Of a DNA stretch of 64,000 nucleotides, positions 9,637 to 22,574 are shown in pieces. The notes under the pieces are model-generated. The model saw only the letters and a list, made by a program, of their open reading frames with translations. It ran no database searches and was not told the origin of the DNA. The number at the start of each line of letters is the position of its first letter. Positions within the stretch are counted from its first letter, which is position 1. Both the position numbers and the translations under genes were made by a program. The stretch is from Klebsormidium nitens (taxonomy: Eukaryota > Plantae > Klebsormidiophyceae). Where the stretch lies: positions 466,129 to 530,128 of the forward strand of contig DF236950.1 in NCBI GenBank assembly GCA_000708835.1. The letters run 5' to 3'.

Positions 9637-12285
9637 ATGGCCACCACAAGCAGATGGGGGTGTCTGCATCAGCTCTCCGCAACTGGGGGAGTCACTTCAG
9701 GCTCTCGTCATGAGAAAGCAGGGGCTAGAATTTCAGCAGACCTTTGCTTATGCCCGGCAAGAGCACACTGGCGTCACTTGCGAGAATCTTTACGAGAAAG
9801 GGGATTGGTGACTTGGAGGGGGCAAGGCCAGGAATGGAGGGGAACGCCACACTTTGTTCGATATAGCAGGTGAGTGTCACAAGTCAGCATTCTGTATTAA
9901 ATGCAAATTGTGGGCTCCTATTCTCTGAAAGAGTTGTTTCTCCTGGAGGTTGAAGTCAAAGAGACAGCTTGCCAGCTTGCCTCAAAGATCACTATGTCAC
10001 GTAAGTACTTTGCACCTCAAAACCTCAACGCAAAGTTCGTGTGCGCTCCTTAAATCCGTGCCTGCTTGTTCCACAAACGTTGCAAAGTGACCCGCAAGCT
10101 CGATTTCTACTCCTTGCCCCTTCGTTTGGTCCTGCCCTTTTGCTGCCTGGTCAAGCTTCGGGCAACTTTTGTCAGGTCTTGACCGGAGGCATGTCGAGCC
10201 CCCGCGTCTATTTTTTCCCCGGCCCCATGCCCGATTCTGGGGCTCAGTGTGGACAGGTTGTCCATATGCTTACCTTATCTAGGCCCTTCTGACCTGCTCA
10301 GTCTGTTAGTACATGGCTTTTGCTTCTGCTGAGAAACCCATGAAAGCCCCTAATGTTTCAGCTGACATTGTTTCTCATTGAGATTGAATGCTGTTTGGGG
10401 CCTCTCTTCAGGTGCTCCGCTTCCGACGGCCCCTCCCCCCCCTCCTACTCCAAGCGCCACCCTCGCCCCCCTCCCCCCGGTAGTGAACCTCGTCAAGATG
10501 CCCCCCGGACTGACAGGAAGAAGGAGGCGCACCGGCATGCGCTGCACTTGGAGCGGTTGGGCCCTCGCAAGAGGGCCAAGATGTTGGCAGGGCCTGCCGG
10601 CAGCAGGGCGTGGAAGCGGGCACGGAGAAAGGTGGCCAAGGTTGCTGAAAGCATCAGCGAAGTAGTGGATGCCGCCGCAGCGGCGGTCGCGCTCCCGACA
10701 TTGGCCCCTCTCTCTAGTGAAGCAGCCCAGGCATTTGCTCGCGTCAGCGGGCAAGGGCCCTCTAGTTGGGATGCAATGGCAACCGAGGCGGACCGCCTCC
10801 GAGACAGCGGCTCGTCAGCCGCTTCTGCTCTGGCCGCGTTCCTGGAGCTGGACGGGTCTCGTCTACCGTCACCTGACGGCGGGTCCTTTTTCACCAGCCC
10901 ACATCAGTTCCCCGCATCCCATGCCCTGCAAATGGAGGACAAGCCCCCGGGGACGCCTGGTCTGAGTGTTGACAGCCAAGCAGACGAAGCTGGAAGTGGC
11001 GCTTGGGGCGAGGCGACGCGAATGGCGCTGCCCGTGTTGGGCTTGGCGGCTGCCACTGTGGTGGGGACACTGTTTACGCGGCGAGCCGGTGTTCCCAGAA
11101 TGCTGCCCCGAATGGCGATGCGTGCGCTGGCCTACCCCGCCCTCTTCCTGCAAACCGGCATTCTGGCCTCAGAGCAGGGAGCGGAGAGGGCAAGACAGGT
11201 GAAGCCTGAGCACTGGTGTAGCCCTGTGGGGTTGATGTTGAGACCCTTTTCTGGTGTTTGGTGTCGTGGCAATCTCAACCTGACCAGAATGGGTAGACGT
11301 TCTGTACAGACGCCTTGCATCTTGTTTGGGGGCTTGAGATTGCCTGAAAGGCTGTTGGCTGAGTTGCGCATCCTCGCTGTGCTTGTCGAACAAGTTTTCG
11401 ACCCCATCTTTGTTAGGCTCAAACACACGCGTCTGCTGCTTTGGGTGGTGCAGGCTGCCTTGTGGAGCCTGCCCCCCGCTTTGCTCGTCTCGTCCTGCTT
11501 CATGGGCTGGCGTGTGGCGGCCGCCTCAGCCGCGGCGTTCCTGACGGCGCAACTCGTCAACGTCAACGTCTCAGAGAGGCTGCCCCGAGGTGCGCTCTCA
11601 GTTCCGCACTCTTGGCCCCCGGCACTTGATATTTTTGCAGTTACAAGAAACGAACACATTCCATACTTGAGAGTTTTTGTCAGAGGGTGCTTTTATCTTT
11701 GTGGCCGTGTCTGAGGGCTGCTCGTTTGACTGTCGTCTTGTGCACGTTCAAATTGCTTGCCCTGACTTTGGCGCCATTCGATTTGTTAAAAGAACGAGCC
11801 CCTTCCGCTCCTGCTGCGCAGCTTCCCATTGGTGGCAGGTCGTCCTGGTTGCTGCAGCGGCCGCCTCCGTTGTCGACGCTCTCGTCTTCGCCCGCATCTC
11901 CTCGAGGGCCGTGCACGGCCTTGCATTGGCCATGGCCTTGACGGGCGACTTTGGCGAGGTTGGCGAGCGGCGGCGGTTCTCGGGCGTGCGGCCAGCGCTG
12001 AAGAAGCAGAGTGCGATGATCGAGATGGAGGGCGAGGTGCAGAAGGCTCTGCCGAACGCCATGTTCCAGGTGGCGCTGGACAACGGGTGCCAGGTGCTGG
12101 CGCACATCTCGGGCAAAATCCGGCGCAACAGAATTGAGATCTTCCAGGGGGACCGTGTCAAGGTTGAGATCTCACCTTACGACCTTACAAGAGGTCGCAT
12201 CACGCACAGGAACAGGCGGGCAGGGCAAGGGCCGGCCACTCCAGGCGGGCCCAATCCTCCGGGGGGCAACCCTGTGCCAGCATGA
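9637..12285 (+). CDS. Predicted plastid-targeted multi-pass membrane protein with a C-terminal translation initiation factor IF-1 (S1 fold) domain, ~539 aa
   Basis: Exons 9637-9869, 10412-11198, 11454-11589 and 11822-12285 total 1620 nt with matching phases. The N-terminus is Ser/Thr/Arg-rich and transit-like (MATTSRWG...YSR|CSASD). Four to five hydrophobic segments precede the IF-1 domain. Confidence 0.7.
12001..12219 (+). other. infA: Complete IF-1 (InfA) domain, cyanobacterial/plastid type, uninterrupted by introns
   Basis: [73 protein letters not shown] carries the IF-1 hallmarks [28 protein letters not shown] and PYDLTxGRI. Confidence 0.96.
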
Positions 12286-13637
12286 GAACAAAGGCGGTTT
12301 TAGCGTGTCCTTGATCGAGAGCACTAGGCGTGCCTCACCCATTTGACTGACCTGTATTGCTTGTAAAGGTGGTTGGTGGTATTATGGGAGCGTATAGTGG
12401 GCGGTTGCTGTGGTCACCAGCTTTACCCAGTACGGTGTTGTGTACCATAGGATATATACTTAGGCATGGTCAATTGCCAGGAGACTTACTGCAATAAGCG
12501 GGACGCCGCTGCTATGTAGCAAGCACCTCACGTCGATTTCCATTCATACAGCACTCACACTGAGTAAGCTTGATTGGTCGGGCGTGCAACCTGGTGGAAG
12601 CTTTTCCAAAGCCACAAAGCCAGTGGCCGTCCACGGTGCCCATCTATCAAGTATGTTTGATATAGTGTTTTGGAAGGTAACCATAACACATGGTTCTTAC
12701 ACATGCAAAGGAACCCTTCCGTCGGCATCATTATCGGAGGCGGCGGTCAAGCTTCGTGTTGAAGATGCCGGGAGGACAGATATCATGTGAGCCTGGCCTA
12801 GCCTGCTTATGATCATATAAGCAGGACTTAAATCAGGACATGAGTCCGCGTCACCATGTCGTACGTGGCGCATGCACTGAACCATGGAGTCCTCAATTGA
12901 TCGCGCGTGTGCACGCATGCCTAAGTGCATGTGCTGAAAGCTAGATCCGGCCGTCAGTGATGTCTGACTTGGACCGATCATAAAACAATTAATTGCATAC
13001 GGGTACATGTGGCCCCGGCCGGTGACGTACAAGTTCTCAGCCGGCTGCATGAGAACTCGTACGTGATTGCAACAGGATTTTGCTGTATACAATCAGAAGC
13101 ATGCGCATGCAGTCATCTATGTAGCTAGCTGCAGCTAAAGGTCATGCTGATTGGTAAAATGTTCAATGGATTCAACGGTGTAGGCTCGCAGCTGTTGTTT
13201 GGCGTATACCGTCATGTGCGCACTCTCATATATGTCCATGCTCGGGCGATCGCGATATCGAGCATGCCCTCAACCGGATCCGGATTGTGTGAGCCTTAGC
13301 TCTGACTACAAGGTCATGCTGTGCGGGATCGTCCTTACGAACTTAATTGTTGTCAGCAGCTACTATACCAGTACTCTGAACCGCCTACAGCTTTTAGAAT
13401 TGTTGCAAAGTCGCATGTGCTCCACTGACCGTCGTTCGTTTTGATTGGTATAATCAGGCGGCCGCGCATGTCCTTTTGAAATGGCGGGAGAGCACTTGAA
13501 TGACATGTACTGCGAGCAGATCAAACCTTACATCAGAACTGTAATCATACATTCCTCATGTCATTAGCGTGCATGCCGCAGAATTAGTCTTTCCGTGTAA
13601 CAGGAAGATCGAGAGTGTTCCCTCATGCACTCGAGCC

Positions 13638-16600
13638 TCAATGGGTCGCTTCTGCAGCTGCCAGTACTCTGGCGCAGTACACTTGCGAGCGGTGTTTTTG
13701 CATCACTTTGCGCACCGCCTCTTCTACCTGCACTCCCCTCACTCGCGCCGCCACTTCGAGCGCGCTGCACACGGCGGCCTGCACGCGCGCATCCGGGTCG
13801 TCCATGTGCACCAGCATGCCGTCCACCAGCTCGCGCACCTCCGCCCCGTCCTCGTGCGGCGGCAGGCTCGCAAACAGCTGCCGCGCGGCGCCTGTGATCT
13901 CGATCCTGATCTCGTCGTTGCTGTCGTCCAGCCGCTTCAGCACGTCCTTGTACAGGGCCCGCCGCTGCTCCCCGCTCAGCGCCGGCCCGGCGACCCGCAC
14001 CAGGTGCTCCGCCACGTGGCAGGCTGCGCGGCGCGTGTCCACGTAGTAGTCCTCCTCCAGGCAGGAGCGCACCACCGCCAGCAGCGAGCTGCCGCTCAGC
14101 ACGCCCAGCAGGTCCTCCTGGAACGTACGGGTGACGTGGTCGCTAACATTGAAAAGTTCAGGCATAAGCTTGAGGGCTGTGATTACGAACTGACCTCAGC
14201 ATCCGATTCATTGCCTGCCATGCCATGTTCCTCAACCAGCGGCTGCTCCGCGCTGGTCATTGGAACCGAGCCAGTCCTCGCTTCTCGATGTGCCTTCGCT
14301 CGCCTTCTGTCCCCCCCGCCGGGGCCTCACCTGGGTGCAGAGGTCGTTTCTGAGCAGCGTTCCGGTGGCCACCATGGCGGCGTGGCGCACGGCGGCGGCC
14401 ACCTTGCCGGCCCGCCACACCCCGCACGGCACCAGCATCTCGGCGAGCAGGCGCGCGGCCCGGCGACGCCAAGTGGCGGCCAGGGCAGGCACCTCCAGCA
14501 GCTCGTCCACCAGCTGCGCCGCAGAAGCAGGAGTGACAGAGTGCGGCAAAGACACCGTACATGCGGAAACCGAAACGCTGGGCATGCTTGAGTAGAAAGA
14601 GATAAATGGCGACGCATTTTGAGCCCTTGCAACAAAGGTGGTCTGCACAATGAACCTGGCGCCCTGACAATCATGCCTTCAGCTTCAGCGATCCGGACGC
14701 AACATACCAGAAGAAGCTGCGAATCGACCCGACAACCAGCAGGCCAGGCCTTTCATCAATCTAGCAGGGTGCACCGCACAGCTGGGGTCCTAACCTGCAG
14801 AGCACTGATCCTGAGCGCCGCCTCCCTCTCCTGCTGCACCACCCCCGCCAGCACGGGGAGTGCCTGCTCCAGGCCCGGCCCCGCAGCGGCCCCGGCCGCG
14901 TGCAGCAACGCCTGGAAGAGCTGCCAGCCGGGCGACACGGACACCCATTGCGCATGGTCCGCGGTCGCTGTGGCCAGGAGCCCTGACAGGTGCTCCGAGA
15001 ACAGCGACGACACCGACGAGTGCCCAGTAGCGCGCGCGAGTGCGGACGTGACTTCTGCAGCGGAGTGCTGGAGGGGGACATCGTTGGGGGTGGCCTGGAG
15101 CTGCAGAGTGATGAGACGAGAGCGTCAGAAGGTGAGGAGACGAGCGAGCTGGCACCAACGCCATGTCAGTCGGGCACTACGAACGGCGCCGATGGCAGAC
15201 TGATGGCCGCACATAGAGCGACGCTGGATGACCGTCGACTCTCAAAGCCTTGAAAGCCCGGGTTCCGTTTTCCACAGGGAGTCTTGTACGAGAGACACGT
15301 CTCACGAGTAGTCGAAGCAATGAAGATCTAAGCAACGGTCATAAGGTCACTGTACCTAACATGGTCCAGAGCACCAGGCTGGCACAAAGTAGCGTATGCA
15401 AGCGACGCGGACCCATACCTGCAGGAGCGTTTGCAGGAGGGGCAGGGTGACGGGCCCACAGGCGGGCCCCGCCGCACGGACCAGGTTGGTCACCACCGCC
15501 AGCAACTGGGTGCGCACCGCCGCATGCTCGGCGCACCGCAGTTCCTCCCCGGCCACGATCTGAGCGATCTGCAGGGACGCGAAGCGATTCGGGTCGGTAC
15601 GAGAGTGGCCTCGTCATGTGAGGACGTGACCGAGGGACCCTGGATTTCACGTTGGAAGTCTGCTCCTTGCTCTGGTCAATCACGTGACGCGAGACAGGGT
15701 CTAGGAACAAAGCGTGTGCGAAGAGGGCCCGAGTAGAGCAGTTTCGTCGCTTTGCAACACCGCTTACGAAAGCTGCGGAGGCGTCACGCAACCCACCTGC
15801 GCGACATGCTCCGCAGCGAGGCCCCCCTCTTCCGTGGCGTGCAGCAGCGCCGCCAGGACGACCAGCCGGTTGGCCTTTTGCGCAGCGCTGGCGCGCGGCG
15901 CCGTAAGCTCGTCCCCCATGATGGGCACCCACATCGCGGGCCGCACCGCCGCCCCCACCACGTGGCCGCAGCTCACTATCCGCTTTGCCACGTCAGCATC
16001 CTCGTCGCCCACCGCAGCGCACAGCATGGGCACGATAACGTCTACGTGGCCCGTCACGTTCTCCCCCCCCAGGACCAGGACCGTGTGCAAGACTCGCGCC
16101 GCCCCTTGGCGCAAGGCCACGGTCCACTCGCGCAGCTCCTTTTGCAGCGGCCGCAGCAGCTCCCGCAAGTGCGTCGCCACGACCTTCTGGATGCCGGGGG
16201 CCGGCCGCCCCTTGTACCGGGGCGGCAGAGGGGGGCCGCGCCACGNNNNNNNNNNNNNNNNNNNNNNNNNNNNNNNNNNNNNNNNNNNNNNNNNNNNNNN
16301 NNNNNNNNNNNNNNNNNNNNNNNNNNNNNNNNNNNNNNNNNNNNNNNNNNNNNNNNNNNNNNNNNNNNNNNNNNNNNNNNNNNNNNNNNNNNNNNNNNNN
16401 NNNNNNNNNNNNNNNNNNNNNNNNNNNNNNNNNNNNNNNNNNNNNNNNNNNNNNNNNNNNNNNNNNNNNNNNNNNNNNNNNNNNNNNNNNNNNNNNNNNN
16501 NNNNNNNNNNNNNNNNNNNNNNNNNNNNNNNNNNNNNNNNNNNNNNNNNNNNNNNNNNNNNNNNNNNNNNNNNNNNNNNNNNNNNNNNNNNNNNNNNNNN

Positions 16601-19216
16601 NNNNNNNNNNNNNNNNNNNNNNNNNNNNNNNNNNNNNNNNNNNNNNNNNNNNNNNNNNNNNNNNNNNNNNNNNNNNNNNNNNNNNNNNNNNNNNNNNNNN
16701 NNNNNNNNNNNNNNNNNNNNNNNNNNNNNNNNNNNNNNNNNNNNNNNNNGCCATTGCGTCGCGGGGGCTGTCGGGAGGCTCGGCCAGGCGATCGCCGACT
16801 TGCTCGGCGAGCTCGAGCGTGCGGGACGCGATGTCGGAGGAGGGGTCGGTGACGCCCACCAGGAGCAGCGGCAGGAGGTCCAGCACGTACGGCTGGGGGT
16901 CGAAGGCGGGCGGGGGGGGGAGGGGCAGACTGCCGGACGGGGCGCCCAGCCAGTGAGCAATGGACGAAAAGAGGAGCTGCAGCGAGAAAGACCATCAAAA
17001 CGAGGATCAGCATAGAGCTCTTCATTCGTTGGTCTCGAGAGCGATTCGAACGGCAATTTCTACAGCCTCTATTATTGCATGTACGATGTATACGGAGCTC
17101 CTGTTGCCCACACTTTGTGGCAAAAGCGCGGCGGCTGACCTGGCGGACTGCGGCGGCCTTGTCGAAGGCAAGGGGCTTGATGCCAGGGGGGAGGACGTCC
17201 GTGAGGCTGCCCGCGGGCAAGCCGCCAGTCGCAACCACCCCATCCAGCGCCTGCAGGACGGCAGTCCGGACCTGCGCGAGGCGGCACACGAGAGTATCCA
17301 GGCTCAGGCACAATAGAGGAGTTGCCTTGCTGAGTCTTTGCATGATGTCACGGGTCGGACTTCATGGAATCTGTCAGGCAACCTCTAGACTACGAGCTGA
17401 CCCTTTGAAGCCCGACAAATAAGGTCAAAACGCAACAGAACGTATCGATTCTTCGAGAGGGAACGTCTTGCTTAAGGCGAGCTGACGACCAGCAAAGAAA
17501 AGGCTCTCTTTTTTTTGTCCCGACTCGCCGGCTTTCTCAGACTACTGGCTTGTAAAGGCGCCTGAGCTACTAATGACCACCTCCAGCTCTTACCCGTGAG
17601 TGTGGATGGGCCACGTTCTGGAGCAGTGCTTTCATCAGCCCCTCCGCGTGAGGTGCCAACGCTCCGGGGCACTGCCGTGCGCCTGCCACGATGCCGCGAC
17701 AGGCCGCCTTCTTGATCTCGTGGAAAGGATCTTGCAGCACCTGGCTTAGCACCTGCACTCATTGGGTGGCCTCAGCAACTACACCCTCAGCTTGGGCGCT
17801 CTGCTTGTAGGAGGCCAGCTACGAACCACAACCCCTTTGGCATGGACATTTGGCACAAGCTCGGAGCCAGAGGGTCCGCTGAGCCTTGAGGGACGCAAGC
17901 GAGGGCGACGGTTCGTGTCCTTACTGCTGCTACATCTTGTGCGGCGGCCTGCGAGGGCTGCTGCGTGCACCGGGGCAGCAGGCTGTCCGCCAGCAGGGCC
18001 ACCAGCTGGAGGCGCACCTCCTCCGACGTCTCCGCCACGGGGCTCACGCCTGCAACGACACCCTGGGCAGCTCAGAAGACGGGGGAAACCTCCTCTGGCT
18101 GACGAGGGAAGGTTTGGCAAGAGTAGCACAGGGACGAGGCGTCAGGAGTCGGGCAGAAGCTGTTATTAATCATGAGGGTGTATCACTTTGGCAGCTGGCG
18201 GAGCATTGCAATGGAGCTCACCGATGCGGGCTCTGACAGGGGGCATGACCTGGTCCATCACAGTGCCCACCTGCATGGACTACGCGCAGTGAGCAATGCA
18301 GCTGTTGTTCAAGATTGAGAAGGCACCAGATTGAGTCCTACGAAAAATAAAAAGCAAGCATACTTCGCTCTGTATGGGGCCCTACAATCAGCTGGGCACC
18401 GAAAACGGGACCGAACAGTCCCCCACCAATGCAGAAGTATACCTGAGGTAGCTTGGAGGTGACGGCCTGCATGATCCCCAGGGCCAGCTCACGGCACTTC
18501 TCAACAGGGTCACTCAGCAGCTGAAGGAACGGAGGCAGCAGCCCAGAAGCGCACAGGGCCTGCAAGGATACATGTTGTGTCTCAGTGAGGAATAAAAACC
18601 TTTGGACAGTTTGCAATGCAAGCATGGCCCTCGAGCAGAGCAGAATACAGCCCCAGCTGCACCACCCTTTTTAAAACATCTTCTGTGCAATGAGATGGTC
18701 CATACCTCCAGGTACGGCCCATCAGGTGCCACAGTCCCCGCGCCCGTCGGTGCCAACAGCTTTTTGAAAGTTTCAAGAGCAGCTCGCCGCACAGATCTAT
18801 CCGGGTCTTGCAAGCGATTGAATTCTCGCTGGTGTGCCTGCAACATACATTAGCTACAGGTTGGACACATACCACCTGAAAGGAATTGCTTGATGCAGCT
18901 CAAACATAATCCTTGAGGGAGCCAATCGCTTTTGCAAGCTAGTGGAATGTATTCCAGCAACTAGGCAAGCTTGCGGGCTAATAACAGCTGAAAAGCGAAG
19001 GCGTTCGAGGAGATACATGCCAGTGCTTGAGTAGCAGGGTTCCTTTCAACAGTCCGTACTTGCACCACCAAAGCCTACTTTCCAGGGCGTGAAGACAGCG
19101 AGTTCAAGAACGTTTGGCAGCGTATTGTGGGCACAATTCTGCGTTTTAGCCAAATTCACCTGAAAGAAAGAGCCAAGTCTCTCTGTGCCATCCAGATTGG
19201 TCCCCTGGACCGCCAT
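13638..19216 (-). CDS. DNAAF5: HEAT-repeat dynein axonemal assembly factor 5 (HEATR2)
   Basis: Multi-exon HEAT repeats: MAVQGTNLDGTERLGSFFQ|AHQREFNRLQDPDRSVRRAALE, LSDPVEKCRELA, ETSEEVRLQL, LQDPFHEIKKAAC, VAHPHSRVR, LLPLLLVGVTD, GRPAPGIQKVV, LREWTVALRQGAA, VWRAGKVAAAVRHAAM, LKRLDDSNDEIR, LVHMDDPDARVQ. The gene is interrupted by the N gap. Confidence 0.85.
16246..16749. other. Assembly gap (504 N) inside the DNAAF5 gene
   Basis: Run of N. Both flanks read as DNAAF5 coding sequence on the minus strand. Confidence 0.99.
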
Positions 19217-20553
19217 CACTCCAGAATCGGCGTCGGCATTCAAACCACCTTACAGAACGCTCTGAGCATTAGCTCGTTTGCAGTGCAACTAAGGATCTAA
19301 CAGATTTAATTCAATCTAGGCAGAGCGCGGCAGGGCGGACGCCCTCGATTGCTGCTCTTTGCAGAGACATTGTGAGCTGGAAAGACATTTTAGATTTCTG
19401 CTGCAATCTGCTCAAAAAGGAAGGAAAAAGGACGTCTGTCTCGAGCATTTATCCGACAAACAATATTTAGGGTTTTGGCATTGCTCCCGGCAGCGCAAGC
19501 CTGAGGCGCGCCGCCGCGGCCGCGTGTTGGCGCTGCCGTACGGAGCCGGCCGCGCAGCCGGCCAGGTGGCCAGGAAAACTTAGGCAGCTAAACTCCAGAG
19601 CTGCCACAATCGGTCCCGGGCAAATGGTTCGATAGACTTTTCCGTCATCGTGCGCCGTCAAATCGTTCATCGCACGGCCGGAGTTCAGTTTAAACCATTA
19701 CATCGCAAAATTGGACCCGTCGAACGAAACTCATTAAGCTTTGCCTTAGGACTCAGGTGCAAAAAGTGCGCGGCACTGCACTCGGGTATTGTCGTACTGC
19801 CCGGCTGAAATATGAAAGTGGTCGGGATTACAAAATTTTAGTGCGGCCGAGTGACCGCGGGACTGCATCCGGTAGGTACTTATCGAAATTTAAAATTCTT
19901 CACGGAAGTCGGTGATTTCCGACCCGCCGAAAGGCCTTGTTTCCACTGAACACTGAGTTACACTCACTGAATTAAAGGGCTACAAGCCGCGCACGAGGCC
20001 TGTAGCCCCAAATTCGCCGGCGACTCCGACTCTAATCGACCGGGCCTCGCGCGGGAGGCTGTACTACTGTTCTACTAGTAAAGTAGGCTGCGCCGAGGCT
20101 GCAGTGGCCAATATCCGGGCCTCCGAAGCGTTACATAGCTGAGACTTCAGACTTGCTGTTCGATAGCCTCTCGTGAGTTGGATTTCCTAGGGTCCGGACC
20201 GGTTGTGGCGCGCTCAGCTCAAGGACGAAATGGCTGCATGCATGTATGTTGCTGTTGCTGTTGCACATGTTGCTGTTGCTGGTAGATTATTGCATTCTTG
20301 ACGCCCAACTTTGATACCTCGTCCTAAGGTGTGTTTCTTCAGAAAGAATTGGGTGTCAAGCCTCTTGAGCTCCATGCACAACTGAACATTCTTGTTCGGC
20401 TTCAATCGGCCTTGCCAGGCCTTGAATCAACTAGGTACTATCCTCGGCTTGGGGTGTGCTTCAAGGTTGTGCGGACTAGCGGACTACCTGTACTTGGTTT
20501 GGGAATATCCGCTTATCAAGGAGTCGCAGCAAGCAGCTTCAAGATTTGCCAAG

Positions 20554-22574
20554 ATGATTGGTTTCATCGTAGTGGGGTTGGGCATCGCTGCCGCTTTGTA
20601 CATGCTGCGGCCCAAGGACCCAATCATTAAGGTGGTACAGGTTCACATCAAGGGGTTTAGTGTCCGGACACAAGTCACCCCCATACCTGCGGTTCTTGTC
20701 GACCTGGAGGTTTCGATGGATGTCTTGTGCAAGAATCTGAACCCTGTTCCCATCTCCTGCAGTGAGGTGAGTCCAGCCTTATCTTGCTCGTTCTAGGTTC
20801 AATGATCTTTCATTTGGATTGACGTGAGGTGCGATCCAAGCCCAACCGACAGGCTTCGTGGACTGCATGAATGACCATCTCTGACCTCCGCTTGAGAATG
20901 CTGAGTAATTGGAAAGAAGGTGCAGTGGGCCTGCTCATATTGCCTCGGTCATTTTGCAAGGCCTTGCTGGGACAGAGATGCTTTTGTCGTCAAGTTTGTG
21001 ATCTATCGCTTCTAGTTGTCATGGGCAGAGATTAAGTCGCAGTAGGTGGCTTCCTTTTGAAGTATTATTGTGCACGTCAGGCAATTGTTGTTTTGGATCT
21101 CGCTTCTTCTGACAGTATTCTTTTGCGCAGGCGCTCATGGATATTGTCTACGAGGGACAGAAACTTGGTACTGGAGATGTCCCCTTCAGCGAACAGCCCG
21201 GTTGCAGCAGCAGAATCATCACCATCCCAGGGAAGATCAGCAGCATTGCTGGTGAGTTCTCCTCGGTAATATGCTCTGGCGGAGACAAGGTCAGGATAAC
21301 ATGCCCAGGAAAGGCGAACATTCTTTTGAATTGATGCTGGGGTGTCCATTGACAGGGCAGTTCTACTAGGGCAAGACTCTTTCAATTGCAACTATACACC
21401 AAAACGGTTTGGCTCTTCAGTGGGCACTTGGTCCCCGTAGTTTCCTTCAACCTGGAGGACGTAGAAGCATTCGCACGGATAGAATCATATGTCGGAACTG
21501 CGCGTCTCAGTTTCAAGTTCAAATGTATTCGGCCCTGAAGGGACTCACGGGATGTCCTTTTTCGAGGGAGCTCTTACCCGTACACAACCCAAGGGCTCTG
21601 TACTTCAAGCGGGGACTTTAGGTCACTTTACCTGGCGGACTGGCTAGTTCCAACGAGTGCTAGGTCACCCAATGTTTTAGTTTCTTCCCATGTCTTATTG
21701 GTTGCTCAACAAGTTGTTTCGATTTCGCAAAGGCAATTACACGGAAGGGTCTCTTGAATGGAAAGAGGAATTTTTAAGGGTGAAGTCTTGTTGCGTCTAG
21801 TCTGTAGTAGACAACTTTGACCTCTTTTACAGATACTGATGACCAAATTGTCGCATTGTCTGTCTCAGTCTCATTTGCACATTTACAGGGCAGGCTTCGA
21901 AGAAGAGTCTCGCCTCTGCAAATCCCTGAATTGGTGCAATTGCATTCGCAGCTCTGGGCACACTTGGCCCAAAGTTGTTATCGGACATCGCTAAGCGGGA
22001 GGTCAAGCTCACGGGAATAGTAACCCTGAAGGGAGTCGCCAAGCTAGGTGCAATCAAGCATCGATTCAACGTAAGCTTCTTGCTTCAGGAGACTGTCTCT
22101 CTCTGTTTAAAATATCACTTTGGAATCGTTGAGCATACTACTGTGCCCCTTCGATGCTTTCGTCTCCAAAAAGTCGTTCAGCTGCGTTGCAAAAGTGGTT
22201 TTGGTCTGGCCTTCAACTTCAAGATTGCTCGCCCTTCTCTGGATTCTGGAAAATAGTTCGTTCACTGGCGAAAGTCTGTTCTGTTTTCTAGCATGTAGGA
22301 TGTATTCAAGCAAGCGTTATTTGCGAGGCAAAGCCCTTTTCTGCATAATCGACGACTTTTACTCCTAGTTTCCCCTCACATTGACATCACACATCTTTCA
22401 TTCCGGCCTTGAAGCTAAAAGTCACAAAACTCTTCTTTTGTGCAGGTAGGGGTCAACTGCGACGTAGTGGTTGACCCGCTCATGGTCGATGTGATCAGGA
22501 GCAGTAGTGAATGTGACATGGATCTTTTCCCAACACTGAAGGGCGATGATCAAAATCCGGGAAAGACGGAGTAG
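20554..22574 (+). CDS. LEA_2 / NDR1-HIN1-like protein with N-terminal membrane anchor
   Basis: Exons 20554-20766, 21131-~21252, 21952-22070 and 22446-22574. The anchor MIGFIVVGLGIAAALYMLRPKDP is followed by KNLNPVPISC, IVYEGQKLG and VNCDVVVDP. The start codon is uncertain because the frame is open further upstream. Confidence 0.78.

Noticed and set aside
13569-16245. Long plus-strand ORFs opposite DNAAF5, and similar antisense ORFs over TH1, the phosphatase and ARA1
   Set aside because: These are shadows of GC3-rich coding sequence on the other strand, with no recognisable domains or splice support. ORFs that cross the N gap are artefacts.
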